A stretch of DNA of 64,000 nucleotides from Thermomicrobiales bacterium (GCA_039809985.1 JBDHWC010000003.1:1183-65182), one strand, 5' to 3'. Shown: positions 27,101-34,908, numbered from the stretch's first letter. The notes: generated by a model not told the origin, from the sequence alone. Program-made: numbers and translations.

Positions 27101-28588
27101 GATGGCGTCGGCGACCTCGCGCGGCTGACGGTCGGCGTAGAGGTCCATCGACACGGTCGCGTACTGCCGGTCCGCCGGGGAGAGCCCCGGGCCGAAGTCG
27201 CGCGGCAGGCTGTCGTCCCAGTACTCGGCGGTGAGCGCGCTGCCGCTGGGGACGTGCGCGTAGATCCAGCGGGACGCCAGCAGGCGAGGATTCTCCTGCG
27301 CGTAGATCGAGACGAAGGCGATCGCCCAGAGCGCGAAGGCGGCGAGGACCGCCGTGCCGGCCAAGGCGGCCGACGGGCGAGAGAAACGACGCCCGAGCCA
27401 GTCGACGCCCGTGACGACCGCGAGGCCGGCCGCGACCGCGAGGACCGGGGCCAAGGGCGCGAGGTAGCGGAGAAATCGCACCTCGGGCACCGTGATCACC
27501 ACGCCGTAGGCCACGAGCCAAGAGACGGGCACGAGCAACGGCCAGTCCCGGTCGCGCAGCAGGCGAACCGCCATCAGCACCACGCCAGCCACGGCGAGGA
27601 GACCCGCCACGGGTCCGAAGCCCCAGCGGATCAACTGGTCTGCCTGGTAGAGGACCGGCGTCGTGCCGACGTACTGGCGGGTGAACGGGACATCGAAGAT
27701 GCCGCGCACGATGTTCGACTGGGTCGCGAGCGAGGTGAGGTAGACGTCCGGGCGCATCAGCGCGTACGGCTCGAACAGGCCGAACCCCAACACCGTCGCC
27801 ATGCCGGCGACCGTCAGTTGCCGCACGGCCCGCAGCAGCCGTGTCACCGGGGTTCGCATTTCGGGCAGATCGAGCCGGTCGTTCGCCAGAGCGGCCGCGC
27901 CGATCACCACCGCCAGCGTGAAGACGCTCCCCTTGGTGGCCATCGCGAGTCCGAGCGCGAACCCGGACGCCGCGAACCAGCGAAGCCGTCCGTTGCTGGC
28001 CGCGCCCACAGCCAACAGGAGGCAGAGCGCGACGAAGAAGGTGAGCCAACTGTCGGTGGTGAAGAAGTGCGCCAACTGGATCATCATCGGGGCGCAGGCG
28101 TAGGCCGCGGCGGCGACCAGCCCCGTGCGGGTCGAGAACAGTCGTCGCCCGAGCAAGAAGGTCAGGAGGACCGTGCCGGTGTCGAGCAGGGCCGAGATCG
28201 CCCGGCCGACGAGGTAGGCGCGATCGGCGCTGTTCCAGTTGGCGCCGGTGACCACCGAGACGCCCTTGGCCGTCGCGTCGGTGACCCAGAGGGGCAGAGC
28301 GCCGTAGGCGAACTCGCGGAACTCCCCGGTGTCGGGGTCGGCGGAGCGAGGGTTCAGCCCGCTCGTCGCCGGGTCGAGCAGTGTCGACCAGTCGGGCGGC
28401 CAGGCGAAGTGGATGCGGTCGATGAGGACGATCTTGGCGACGAAGAGCTCGTCCGGGTGGAGGTCCCGGCCTTCGTCCCACGTCAGCCCGAAGAGCCGGA
28501 GGGCGAGCGCGGCGACCAGCATCGCCAGCAGGGCAGCCCTCGCGGTTCCCGGAACGTCTCGCCGGTCAGGGGCCGCGCCTGCGATCAT
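24125..28588 (-). CDS. Fusion of a PMT/ArnT-like GT-C glycosyltransferase module with a YYY-motif (DUF2298-type) membrane domain
   Basis: ORF 24125..28708 trimmed to the ATG at 28588 (1487 aa). N-terminus LFGLTWDEGRDLHPDELF plus many TM helices. Later motifs GGEKPMEFAHL, PPYDPWYAGGYINYYYYGLY (YYYY codons at 26204-26215) and ITEFPFFTGLYADLHAH. Confidence 0.85.
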   Translation of the reverse strand: MIAGAAPDRRDVPGTARAALLAMLVAALALRLFGLTWDEGRDLHPDELFVAKIVLIDRIHFAWPPDWSTLLDPATSGLNPRSADPDTGEFREFAYGALPLWVTDATAKGVSVVTGANWNSADRAYLVGRAISALLDTGTVLLTFLLGRRLFSTRTGLVAAAAYACAPMMIQLAHFFTTDSWLTFFVALCLLLAVGAASNGRLRWFAASGFALGLAMATKGSVFTLAVVIGAAALANDRLDLPEMRTPVTRLLRAVRQLTVAGMATVLGFGLFEPYALMRPDVYLTSLATQSNIVRGIFDVPFTRQYVGTTPVLYQADQLIRWGFGPVAGLLAVAGVVLMAVRLLRDRDWPLLVPVSWLVAYGVVITVPEVRFLRYLAPLAPVLAVAAGLAVVTGVDWLGRRFSRPSAALAGTAVLAAFALWAIAFVSIYAQENPRLLASRWIYAHVPSGSALTAEYWDDSLPRDFGPGLSPADRQYATVSMDLYADRQPREVADAIYAQLQRADYVVLASNRVVAGTASAPWRYPVQRAYYAALRSGALGFEPAASFTTSPGIGPIRFDDRNADESFVNYDHPTVEIYRKVDLLSPTAYRSLMAPAVAAPWSPTRHAPETVSLMLDQPVASLPVVDDAGWSRAVTGTTLGAVVVWVGFLILLQALGLALAERVLPSFADAGWGFARLLVVLVAGWAVWFLASVGVIAFRAIWVLVALYVTGLVTWYPRRRRPVRQRSVVVGAEAVFWAVFALFLLFRFLNPDSWHPIWGGEKPMEFAHLNATMRSAHFPPYDPWYAGGYINYYYYGLYLVAFMLKAIGIPVEIGFNLAQPTVIALLAAAGFSLAATLGRDLARRPSLAVPAGLVAAGFLSVLGNLSSAATLLSGHVPPLNSFVDWVWAGSRAIPDTITEFPFFTGLYADLHAHVVALPVTVAAIACSYQLARGPVEQSSPHGTSALQTLAFDGIRRLLPLMLVLGTLSATNAWDLPTYAALAVVAVLMWSAAVERWPARIGLFAGLSLLLAVGSYLSFLPFHQHFVALFGSLARVKAPTDLGSWFVHLGGLMALACFTLIAIALREGAGTGSRPLRAPLAWAATFAVLVAVREVFSAMPRIAGLATTASLLVFAAMLLLVGWSALQSRLDNSAWTSLLPYVWLGAVGATTLAALVRGWAVMAVFLAVGALAGLLWMTAEGVAARYTALLVSAAAFVGAGVEVFVVADDLISTEAYRMNTVFKFYNQLWVLLAVAVGAGCALMIAGATEPAAGAEHSLARDVGTVGGWSRPAERWSRLGLVVLALVVAASAVYPVFAVSPRLHQRFTDTLGGGTLDAYDWMRYGQVPSIGPDGNMPIRFAGDLAAIRWLDANAVGTPVIAEASIGPYRCNGSRISIATGLPTILGWQRHEEQQRWLEGLQERSDDVRTLYTSADPAKKLAILRKYDVAYVIVGDVERRYPVPDNDCTPQGSAAGIAAFDQLVPTALAPVFSEAGTTIYRVLPPAGPIS

Positions 28589-28595
28589 AGGCGGG

Positions 28596-28601
28596 ATTCT
28601 A
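28596..28601 (-). promoter_or_regulatory. -10 hexamer TAGAAT 7 nt upstream of the ATG of the giant GT-C/YYY gene (leaderless-type arrangement)
   Basis: The minus strand reads cgcTAGAATcccgcctATG, with no Shine-Dalgarno. No good -35 at 17 nt. Confidence 0.45.
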
Positions 28602-28665
28602 GCGACGTTCGGCGGCGGCGGTCGAGACAAGGGCGCGACTGCCCGGGGCACAGGGGGAGAACGGC

Positions 28666-29646
28666 GTGCGAGTGGTCTTCTTCGGCACGCCGGAGTTCGC
28701 GGTGCCAACCCTCGAGGCGATCGCGGGGGACTCGCGGTTCAAGGTCGCGCTGGTCGTCACCCAGCCCGACCGACCGGCCGGGCGCGGCCGCAAAGTCGAG
28801 TCTTCGGCGGTGGCGCGGTTTGCCGCCGATCACCAACTGCCCCTGTACCAACCGGAGACCCTGAAGCACGACGAGGCGCGCCGACCGCTGGTGGAGGCCG
28901 GCGCGGACTTGTTCGTGGTGGCCGCGTTCGGCCTCATCTTCGGCTCGAAGACGCTGGCGATCCCGCGTCACGGCTGCGTCAACGTCCATGCCTCGCTCTT
29001 GCCGCGCTACCGCGGGGCGAGTCCGGTCCCGGCCGCGATCCTCTACGGCGACCGGACGACAGGGGTGACGCTGATGATGATGGAGGTCGGGCTCGACACC
29101 GGGCCGACAGTGGCCATGTCCGAGGAGGCGATCCGCGACGACGACACCGCGGAGTCACTGCTAGCCCGGCTCGGCGGCGTCGGGGCGCGCTTGGCGCTGC
29201 ACCATCTGCCCCGGGTCGTCGACGGCTGGACCGTGCCGACGCCGCAGCCGGCCGCTGGAGCGTCACTGACCCGGCCGCTGACCAAGGCCGACGGCTGGCT
29301 CGACTTCGAGGACTCGGCCACGGCGCTCGAGCGGCGGGTTCGGGCGATGTGGCCGTGGCCCCGGGCCTGGACCACGCTCGACGGCGATCCGGTGCAGGTC
29401 CACCGGGCGACGCCGGTGCTCAGGCTCGGTCCGACCGACTCGACCGAGCCCGGCACCGTCGTCGTCCGCACCGACGGGCCGCACGTCCGCGCCATCGACG
29501 GCTGGCTGCGGCTCGACCAGGTGCAGCCGGCGGGCGGTCGGCCGATGAGCGGCACCGCGTTCGCCGCCGGGCGGCGCCTCGACCAAGCCCGGCTCGGCAC
29601 CGCCGGAGAGCCGATCGGGATGCCGCCGGTCGTCGTGCCGGCCTGA
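28666..29646 (+). CDS. fmt: Methionyl-tRNA formyltransferase
   Basis: RVVFFGTPEFAVPTLEAI and HASLLPRYRGASP motifs. GTG start after GGGGGAG. Confidence 0.95.
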   Translation: MRVVFFGTPEFAVPTLEAIAGDSRFKVALVVTQPDRPAGRGRKVESSAVARFAADHQLPLYQPETLKHDEARRPLVEAGADLFVVAAFGLIFGSKTLAIPRHGCVNVHASLLPRYRGASPVPAAILYGDRTTGVTLMMMEVGLDTGPTVAMSEEAIRDDDTAESLLARLGGVGARLALHHLPRVVDGWTVPTPQPAAGASLTRPLTKADGWLDFEDSATALERRVRAMWPWPRAWTTLDGDPVQVHRATPVLRLGPTDSTEPGTVVVRTDGPHVRAIDGWLRLDQVQPAGGRPMSGTAFAAGRRLDQARLGTAGEPIGMPPVVVPA

Positions 29647-29726
29647 CGGCACCGTCTCACATCGGAAGGGGCGGGTCGGCCGGTTGCTCGAGCCCGAGCG
29701 GTTTGCGGATAAGTGTGCTTGCCCGC

Positions 29727-29748
29727 AAAAGACCGCATATGGCGGGTC
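29727..29748 (-). terminator. Intrinsic-terminator-like hairpin of the GH114 gene
   Basis: Minus strand: GACCCGC-cauau-GCGGUC followed by UUUU. The 5' arm starts inside the TGA stop at 29747-29749. A second hairpin, TTTGCGG..CCGCAAA, lies at 29702-29729. Confidence 0.45.
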
Positions 29749-30547
29749 AGGCGTCCGCCGGGCACTCGCGGCGCCATTCCCCGAGGTTCATGCGCTTGAC
29801 CAGCGTGTCGAGCCCGTAGCCGGCCGACTTGCGGCAGACGCGGGCCGCCTTCTTCGGCTTGGCGTACTCGATGTGGTAGACGGGCTTCTGATTGTCGACG
29901 AACGGCGCGAGCAAGTCGCACTCGCGGTACTTGACGCACTGCTCGTTGACGGCGAAATCGAACGAGTCCGCGAGTTCGGCCACCTGCTCGAGGTCGTTCT
30001 TCAGGCCGACTGCCAACCCGCGTTCGTGCGCCGCGTCTGCCAGCCATTGGTTGTACTCGAGCTGGTCGTCGGCCGTCAGCCCGAGACCGTTCTTGTTGCT
30101 GAACGCATCGACGTTGTCCGGGTCGACAGCGTCGCACCCCTTGTCGACCGCCATCTGCATCCGGTCTGCCATGATGGATCGCACGTTTTGCGATCGAATG
30201 TCGATCCACCACTCGCCGGGCCAGTTGCCGAGCCGCTTGCCAATGTCGGCCTTGGCGAACCGGTCCTGGTCGGGTCGCCAGTTCTCGTAGGACCCGGCGC
30301 TGAAGTAGCAGATCACGCGGATGTCGTCAGCCTGCATCTGCCGGATCAGTGACTGCGGGGTCTCGAAGAGATCGACGTCGTAGACGTCGACATCCATGAC
30401 CGTCTTGGGAACCGAACTGATTTGGATTTGCCACGACTGGCCCGGTTCCGGCGTCCACCAGTCAGCCGCGGCAGCGCTCCCGGCCGCGGGGATGATCGCG
30501 ACGGCCATCAGGGTGGCCACCGCCAGCAGTCTCAATCGTGTCGACAT
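29747..30547 (-). CDS. Secreted GH114-like endo-alpha-1,4-polygalactosaminidase family protein
   Basis: Signal peptide MSTRLRLLAVATLMAVAIIPAAGSAAAA. Motifs VICYFSAGSYENWRPD, GEWWIDIR, GCDAVDPDNVD and GLAVGLKND. Confidence 0.75.
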   Translation of the reverse strand: MSTRLRLLAVATLMAVAIIPAAGSAAAADWWTPEPGQSWQIQISSVPKTVMDVDVYDVDLFETPQSLIRQMQADDIRVICYFSAGSYENWRPDQDRFAKADIGKRLGNWPGEWWIDIRSQNVRSIMADRMQMAVDKGCDAVDPDNVDAFSNKNGLGLTADDQLEYNQWLADAAHERGLAVGLKNDLEQVAELADSFDFAVNEQCVKYRECDLLAPFVDNQKPVYHIEYAKPKKAARVCRKSAGYGLDTLVKRMNLGEWRRECPADA

Positions 30548-30598
30548 CTGTCCCCCCCAGCGTTCGTGCAGGGCCGCCAGCCATGCCCAGCGACCGCG

Positions 30599-30628
30599 TT
30601 TACAACTCGGCGACCGCCCCCGTATCCT
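30599..30628 (+). promoter_or_regulatory. Candidate promoter of the M42 peptidase - micro-ORF - amidase operon
   Basis: TTTACA (30599-30604), 18-nt spacer, TATCCT (30623-30628). Confidence 0.4.
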
Positions 30629-30666
30629 CCCAGCCGGTGCGAGGTCGACGACTGTCCGAGGAGCGT

Positions 30667-31722
30667 ATGTCCCCCGATCGAGACGAGCAACTGTTCCTGC
30701 TCCTGAAGGAGCTCTGCGAGCTTCCCGGGCCGACCGGCCACGAGGATGCCGTGCAGGACGTGATCGCGGCCCGCTGGGGCCAGTTCGCCGAGGTGCGGCG
30801 GACGCGGGTCGGCAACGTGCTGGCGAAAATCGGCGGCGCCGGTCGTCGGGTCGCCGTCGTCGCCCATGCCGACGAAATCTGCCTGATGGTGAAGAGCATC
30901 TCGGACGACGGGTACCTCCACGTCTGGCACTACGCCTCGGACCTCCTCGGCAAGCCGCCCCGCTGGCTGATGCCGCTCAACCAGCCGGCGGCGGTGGTCA
31001 CCGCGGCCGGGATCGTCGACGGCGTCATCGTCGCGGCGAGCGGTCATGTGGTCGGCCGCAAAGACCCCGGGGAGCCTTGGAAGTGGAACGACTGGTTCGT
31101 CGACGTGGGCGTCCGGTCGCGCGAGGCGGCCGAGGCGCTCGGCATCCACCCGGGGTGCCGGATCGTCTGGAACACGCCGACTCGTCGCGTCGGCCAGAAC
31201 ATCGTCGGCAAGGCGATGGACGACCGCGGCGCGCTGACGATCGCCACGCTCGCGGGCGAGCGCCTCGCCGGGAGCGCGTCGCTCGGCTGCGAACTCTGGC
31301 TCGCGTCCACCGTGCAGGAGGAGAACGGGCTGATCGGTGCTTCGAGCCTCGCCGACGAGCTCGACCTCGACCAGGCGATCGCGCTCGACGTGGGATTGAC
31401 CGGGGACGTGCCGGGGGCCGACCCCCGCGACTTCCCGTGCCGACTCGGCCTCGGCCCGACCGTCGTCTACCAAGATTCGAGTTGCCACTACGGTCGCAGG
31501 CTATCCGACGAGCTGGTCGCCACCGCGCGCGAGCATTCGGTCCCGGTCCAGCGAGCGGTCTACCAGAACTACGGCAGCGACGGTGCGGCCTTGGTCCGGC
31601 GCGGCATCGAGACGGCCCTTGTCGCGTACCCGACCCGCTACACGCACTCGCCGGTGGAGACGGTCGACGGCAACGACTTGCTCGCCACCGTCGACCTGCT
31701 CGTCGCGTGGGCGGAGGGGTAG
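30667..31722 (+). CDS. M42 family metallopeptidase (glutamyl aminopeptidase / FrvX-like)
   Basis: ORF trimmed to MSPDRDEQLFLLLKELCELPGPTGHE. Contains VAVVAHADEICLMV and DDRGAL motifs. Confidence 0.85.
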   Translation: MSPDRDEQLFLLLKELCELPGPTGHEDAVQDVIAARWGQFAEVRRTRVGNVLAKIGGAGRRVAVVAHADEICLMVKSISDDGYLHVWHYASDLLGKPPRWLMPLNQPAAVVTAAGIVDGVIVAASGHVVGRKDPGEPWKWNDWFVDVGVRSREAAEALGIHPGCRIVWNTPTRRVGQNIVGKAMDDRGALTIATLAGERLAGSASLGCELWLASTVQEENGLIGASSLADELDLDQAIALDVGLTGDVPGADPRDFPCRLGLGPTVVYQDSSCHYGRRLSDELVATAREHSVPVQRAVYQNYGSDGAALVRRGIETALVAYPTRYTHSPVETVDGNDLLATVDLLVAWAEG

Positions 31723-31724
31723 CG

Positions 31725-31880
31725 ATGACCGACCAGCCTGACCAGAACGAGTTGAACGAGAGGATTGCGGAGTTCCTCGAAGGAGTAGAGGCCGCTGCGG
31801 CTCGGCTGCGCACCCTGCCCGACGTGCCGTTGGTGCCGGAAGAGCCGTTCGATCCGTCGTGGCCGGAGCGTGACGCGTGA
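31725..31880 (+). CDS. 51-aa GatC/AtzG-like small protein (not an independent entry in the ORF track)
   Basis: ATG at 31725, 5 nt after GGAGGGG and 2 nt after the M42 stop. Its stop overlaps the amidase GTG (GTGA). Sequence: MTDQPDQNELNERIAEFLEGVEAAAARLRTLPDVPLVPEEPFDPSWPERDA. Confidence 0.55.
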   Translation: MTDQPDQNELNERIAEFLEGVEAAAARLRTLPDVPLVPEEPFDPSWPERDA

Positions 31881-33271
31881 CGAACCGAACCTGGGACCTG
31901 CCTTCCGTTCGCGAACTCGTCTCGGGCTACGCGGCCGGCACGTTGTCGCCGGTCGAAGTGGTGACCGCGGCGATTCGGGCCGCCGAGGCCGCACAGCCCA
32001 ACCTGCACCCGATGGTCGAACTGCGCGCCGAGGCGGCGTTGGCCGAGGCTGCGGCGGTCGAACGGACCTGCCGCGGCAGTGACGCGAGGGGGGCGCTCTG
32101 CGGTGTGCCGGTCGTGGTCAAGGACATCGTCGACGTGGCGGGTCTGCCGACCCGGTGCGGGTCGCCGAGCCGCGACGACGCCCCGACCGCGGCGGCTGAC
32201 GCGCCGGCGGTTCGCGCTTGGCGCGATGCCGGGGCGATCGTCATCGGCAAGAGCGTGACGCAGGAGTTCGCCGCCGGGGTGCTCAGCCCGCCCGCCCGCA
32301 ACCCGTGGGACCCGGATCGCATCCCCGGCGGCAGTTCCGGCGGTTCCGCCGTCGCCGTGGCGATCGGGGCAGCGAGCATCGGTCTCGGCTCCGACACCGG
32401 GGGCAGCATCCGCATCCCTTCGGCCGCGGTCGGAGCCACCGGGTTCAAGCCGACGTTCGGGTCGGTCTCGACCGCGGGCTGCTACCCGTTGTCCTGGTCG
32501 CTCGACACGGTCGGTCCGTTGGCCCGCTCGGTCGATGACGTCGAGGCGGGCTGGCGGGCGCTGGTCGGCGACAGCCGATTCGTGCCCGCCGACGAACCCC
32601 CCACCTTGGCCGGCGTTCGCGTCGGCTTGGCCCTGGGGTATTTCGTGACGCGAGTGCAACAAGCGACGCTCTCGGCGGTCGAGGACGCCGCGTCGGCCCT
32701 CCGCTCGCTGGGAGCCGAGGTTGTGCCGGTCGACTGGGCCGACTCCGCCGTCGCACGCGACTGTGGCTACCTGCTGAACCGGACCGAGACGGGTGCGGCG
32801 CATGCCGCCACCTACCGCAACGAGCCGGAACGCTTCTCCCGCATGAACCCCGAATTGCAACTGAGAGTGATCGCCGGCCTGCGGATTCCATCCGGCGACT
32901 ACTTGCTGGCCAAGCAGGCCCGCACGCGCCTGCGCGATTCGATGGCTCGGCTTTTCGCGGACCAGCGGCTCGACGCACTGTTGGCGCCGACCCTGCCGGA
33001 CGTCGCGATTCGGGCCGACGACCCGACGGTCCGGATCGGGGAATCCGTCGAGTCCGCCGGCATCGCCTACACGCGACTGGCGATGCCGTTCAACGCGACC
33101 GGCCAGCCGGTGCTCGCCTTCCCCGTCGGGTTCGATCCCGCAGGACTCCCGATCGGGGCGCAACTGGCCGGCAGGCCGGGGAACGAGGTGGTCCTCTTTC
33201 GCGTCGGTCGGGCCTACCAGCGGGCGACCGACTGGCATCGCCGCCGACCCCCGTTCGGCACCGACTGGTAG
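31877..33271 (+). CDS. Amidase-signature family amidase (GatA/AtzE-like)
   Basis: Contains VVVKDIVDVAGLPT and the GGSSGGSAVAVA signature. 464 aa. Confidence 0.9.
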   Translation: MTNRTWDLPSVRELVSGYAAGTLSPVEVVTAAIRAAEAAQPNLHPMVELRAEAALAEAAAVERTCRGSDARGALCGVPVVVKDIVDVAGLPTRCGSPSRDDAPTAAADAPAVRAWRDAGAIVIGKSVTQEFAAGVLSPPARNPWDPDRIPGGSSGGSAVAVAIGAASIGLGSDTGGSIRIPSAAVGATGFKPTFGSVSTAGCYPLSWSLDTVGPLARSVDDVEAGWRALVGDSRFVPADEPPTLAGVRVGLALGYFVTRVQQATLSAVEDAASALRSLGAEVVPVDWADSAVARDCGYLLNRTETGAAHAATYRNEPERFSRMNPELQLRVIAGLRIPSGDYLLAKQARTRLRDSMARLFADQRLDALLAPTLPDVAIRADDPTVRIGESVESAGIAYTRLAMPFNATGQPVLAFPVGFDPAGLPIGAQLAGRPGNEVVLFRVGRAYQRATDWHRRRPPFGTDW

Positions 33272-33313
33272 CCACTGGAGAATCAGGTCAGACGAGTTCG
33301 ATGGGAGGCTGAC

Positions 33314-33538
33314 GTGGAACTTGACGGGCGCGCCGCGCGGGCGGCACAGGCGCGCGCGAACCTGGTCGCGGCCCTCCGCGAGTGCGGGGACCTCGCCGAC
33401 GCGGTCGAGGAACTCAACGGGACGGACCTGCTCGAGGTGTTGGAATACCTCGACAGCCTGCGGTTCGGCATGGCGGAGTCGAGTCAGTCGTTGCAAGGTG
33501 TGCTGAGAGGCTTCGAGGACGCCGCACCCTCAGCGTGA
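33314..33538 (+). CDS. Small acidic helical hypothetical protein
   Basis: GTG at 33314, 5 nt after GGGAGG (33303-33308). 74 aa. The 3' end overlaps the convergent nth gene by 9 nt. Confidence 0.45.
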   Translation: MELDGRAARAAQARANLVAALRECGDLADAVEELNGTDLLEVLEYLDSLRFGMAESSQSLQGVLRGFEDAAPSA

Positions 33539-34216
33539 CGACGTGACGCCCACCCGGTGGCAAAGGTCGCGCACCGGGCAGTCGGAACAGCGCGGGCGCA
33601 CGGCCGTGCACCAGTACTTGCCGAAGGGCATCAGCCAGCGGTTGATCGAGATCCACCGTTCCGGCGGCACGATCGCTTCGAGCGCCGTGAGCGTTTGCTC
33701 CGGCGTCTTGGTGCGGACAGCCCCCCAGCGGTTGACCACGCGGTGGACGTGGACGTCGACCGAGATGCGCGGCAGGTGGCAGGCAACGCCGAGCGCAAGG
33801 TTGGCGCACTTCGGGCCAACCCCGTCGAACGAGCGCAGCACGGCGTCGTCGCACGGCAGGATGCCGCCGAACCGCTCCACCGCGGCCCGCGCGATGGCGA
33901 GGATTTGACCGGCCTTGCGGTCGGCAAAGGTCGAACCGGCGATCAGCCGCTCGATTCGGTCAGGGCGCAGATCGGACACGGCGGCCGGGTCCGGCGCGGC
34001 CGCGAACAAGCGGCGAACCGCGGGTATCGTGGTCTCGTCGCGCGTTCGCACCGAGACAAGGCACGCCACCACTTGCTCGAAGACCGAGTGTCGTCCCTCG
34101 TCCGCGAGCCGGAACATGGCCGGCGGCGGCAGGGTCGCCGCCAGAGCAGCGATCCGATCGAGCGCTTCCGCGACCGGGAACGGCGGGCTCGGCCAGCGCT
34201 CGACCCGGTTGCCCAC
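33530..34216 (-). CDS. nth: Endonuclease III
   Basis: HhH-GPD with FDGVGPKCANL and DVHVHRV. C-terminal 4Fe-4S loop CTAVRPRCSDCPVRDLC. Confidence 0.9.
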   Translation of the reverse strand: MGNRVERWPSPPFPVAEALDRIAALAATLPPPAMFRLADEGRHSVFEQVVACLVSVRTRDETTIPAVRRLFAAAPDPAAVSDLRPDRIERLIAGSTFADRKAGQILAIARAAVERFGGILPCDDAVLRSFDGVGPKCANLALGVACHLPRISVDVHVHRVVNRWGAVRTKTPEQTLTALEAIVPPERWISINRWLMPFGKYWCTAVRPRCSDCPVRDLCHRVGVTSSR

Positions 34217-34220
34217 AGGA

Positions 34221-34835
34221 TCAGGAGGTTGCCGAGGCGCGCCGCGCCTCCTTCCAGAGCTTGAGGGCGGCCGGCACGATCGACAGCACGAGGATCAGGA
34301 GGACGACCACGATCATCACCTTCTCGGCCTGCTCGGCGGGCACCAACTGGCCGAGGAAGAACCCGGCGAGCGGCACGCCAACAGCCCAGAGGAGCGCTCC
34401 CACCACGTTGTAGACGACGAACGAAGGGTAGCGGAGGGAGCTCATGCCGGCGACCACCGGCGTGAAGGTGCGCACGATCGGAATGAACCGGGCCAAGATC
34501 ACCGACTTGCCGCCGTGCTCGGCGAAGAACGCCTCCGACTTGCGGAGATGGTCCGGCTTGAAGTACCGCGACTCCGGCTTGGTGAACAACTGCGGCCCGA
34601 ACCGCTGGCCGACGCTGTAGCCGACCGAGTCTCCGATCACCGCCGCGACGAAACAGCCGAGGACCACGATCGCGATGTTGAAGTGGCCCTGCGAGGCCAG
34701 GAAGCCGGCGGTGAAGAGCAGGCTGTCGCCCGGGAGGAAGAAGCCGATCAGCAGGCCGGTCTCGGCGAACACGATCGCGAACAGGCCGAGGTAGCCGACC
34801 GTTCGCAGCAGCATCTCGAGGTCGAATCCGAACAT
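34221..34835 (-). CDS. DedA family membrane protein
   Basis: ORF trimmed to MFGFDLEMLLRTVGYLGLFAIVFAETGLLIGFFLPGDSLLF. Contains RFIPIVRTF. Confidence 0.88.
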   Translation of the reverse strand: MFGFDLEMLLRTVGYLGLFAIVFAETGLLIGFFLPGDSLLFTAGFLASQGHFNIAIVVLGCFVAAVIGDSVGYSVGQRFGPQLFTKPESRYFKPDHLRKSEAFFAEHGGKSVILARFIPIVRTFTPVVAGMSSLRYPSFVVYNVVGALLWAVGVPLAGFFLGQLVPAEQAEKVMIVVVLLILVLSIVPAALKLWKEARRASATS

Positions 34836-34908
34836 GGGGCCTCGTTCTGTCGCGGGCGGTGAGCGGCCGGTCCGCCCCCCTCTCGATTGCTGCCGAGTAT
34901 ACGCAGGC

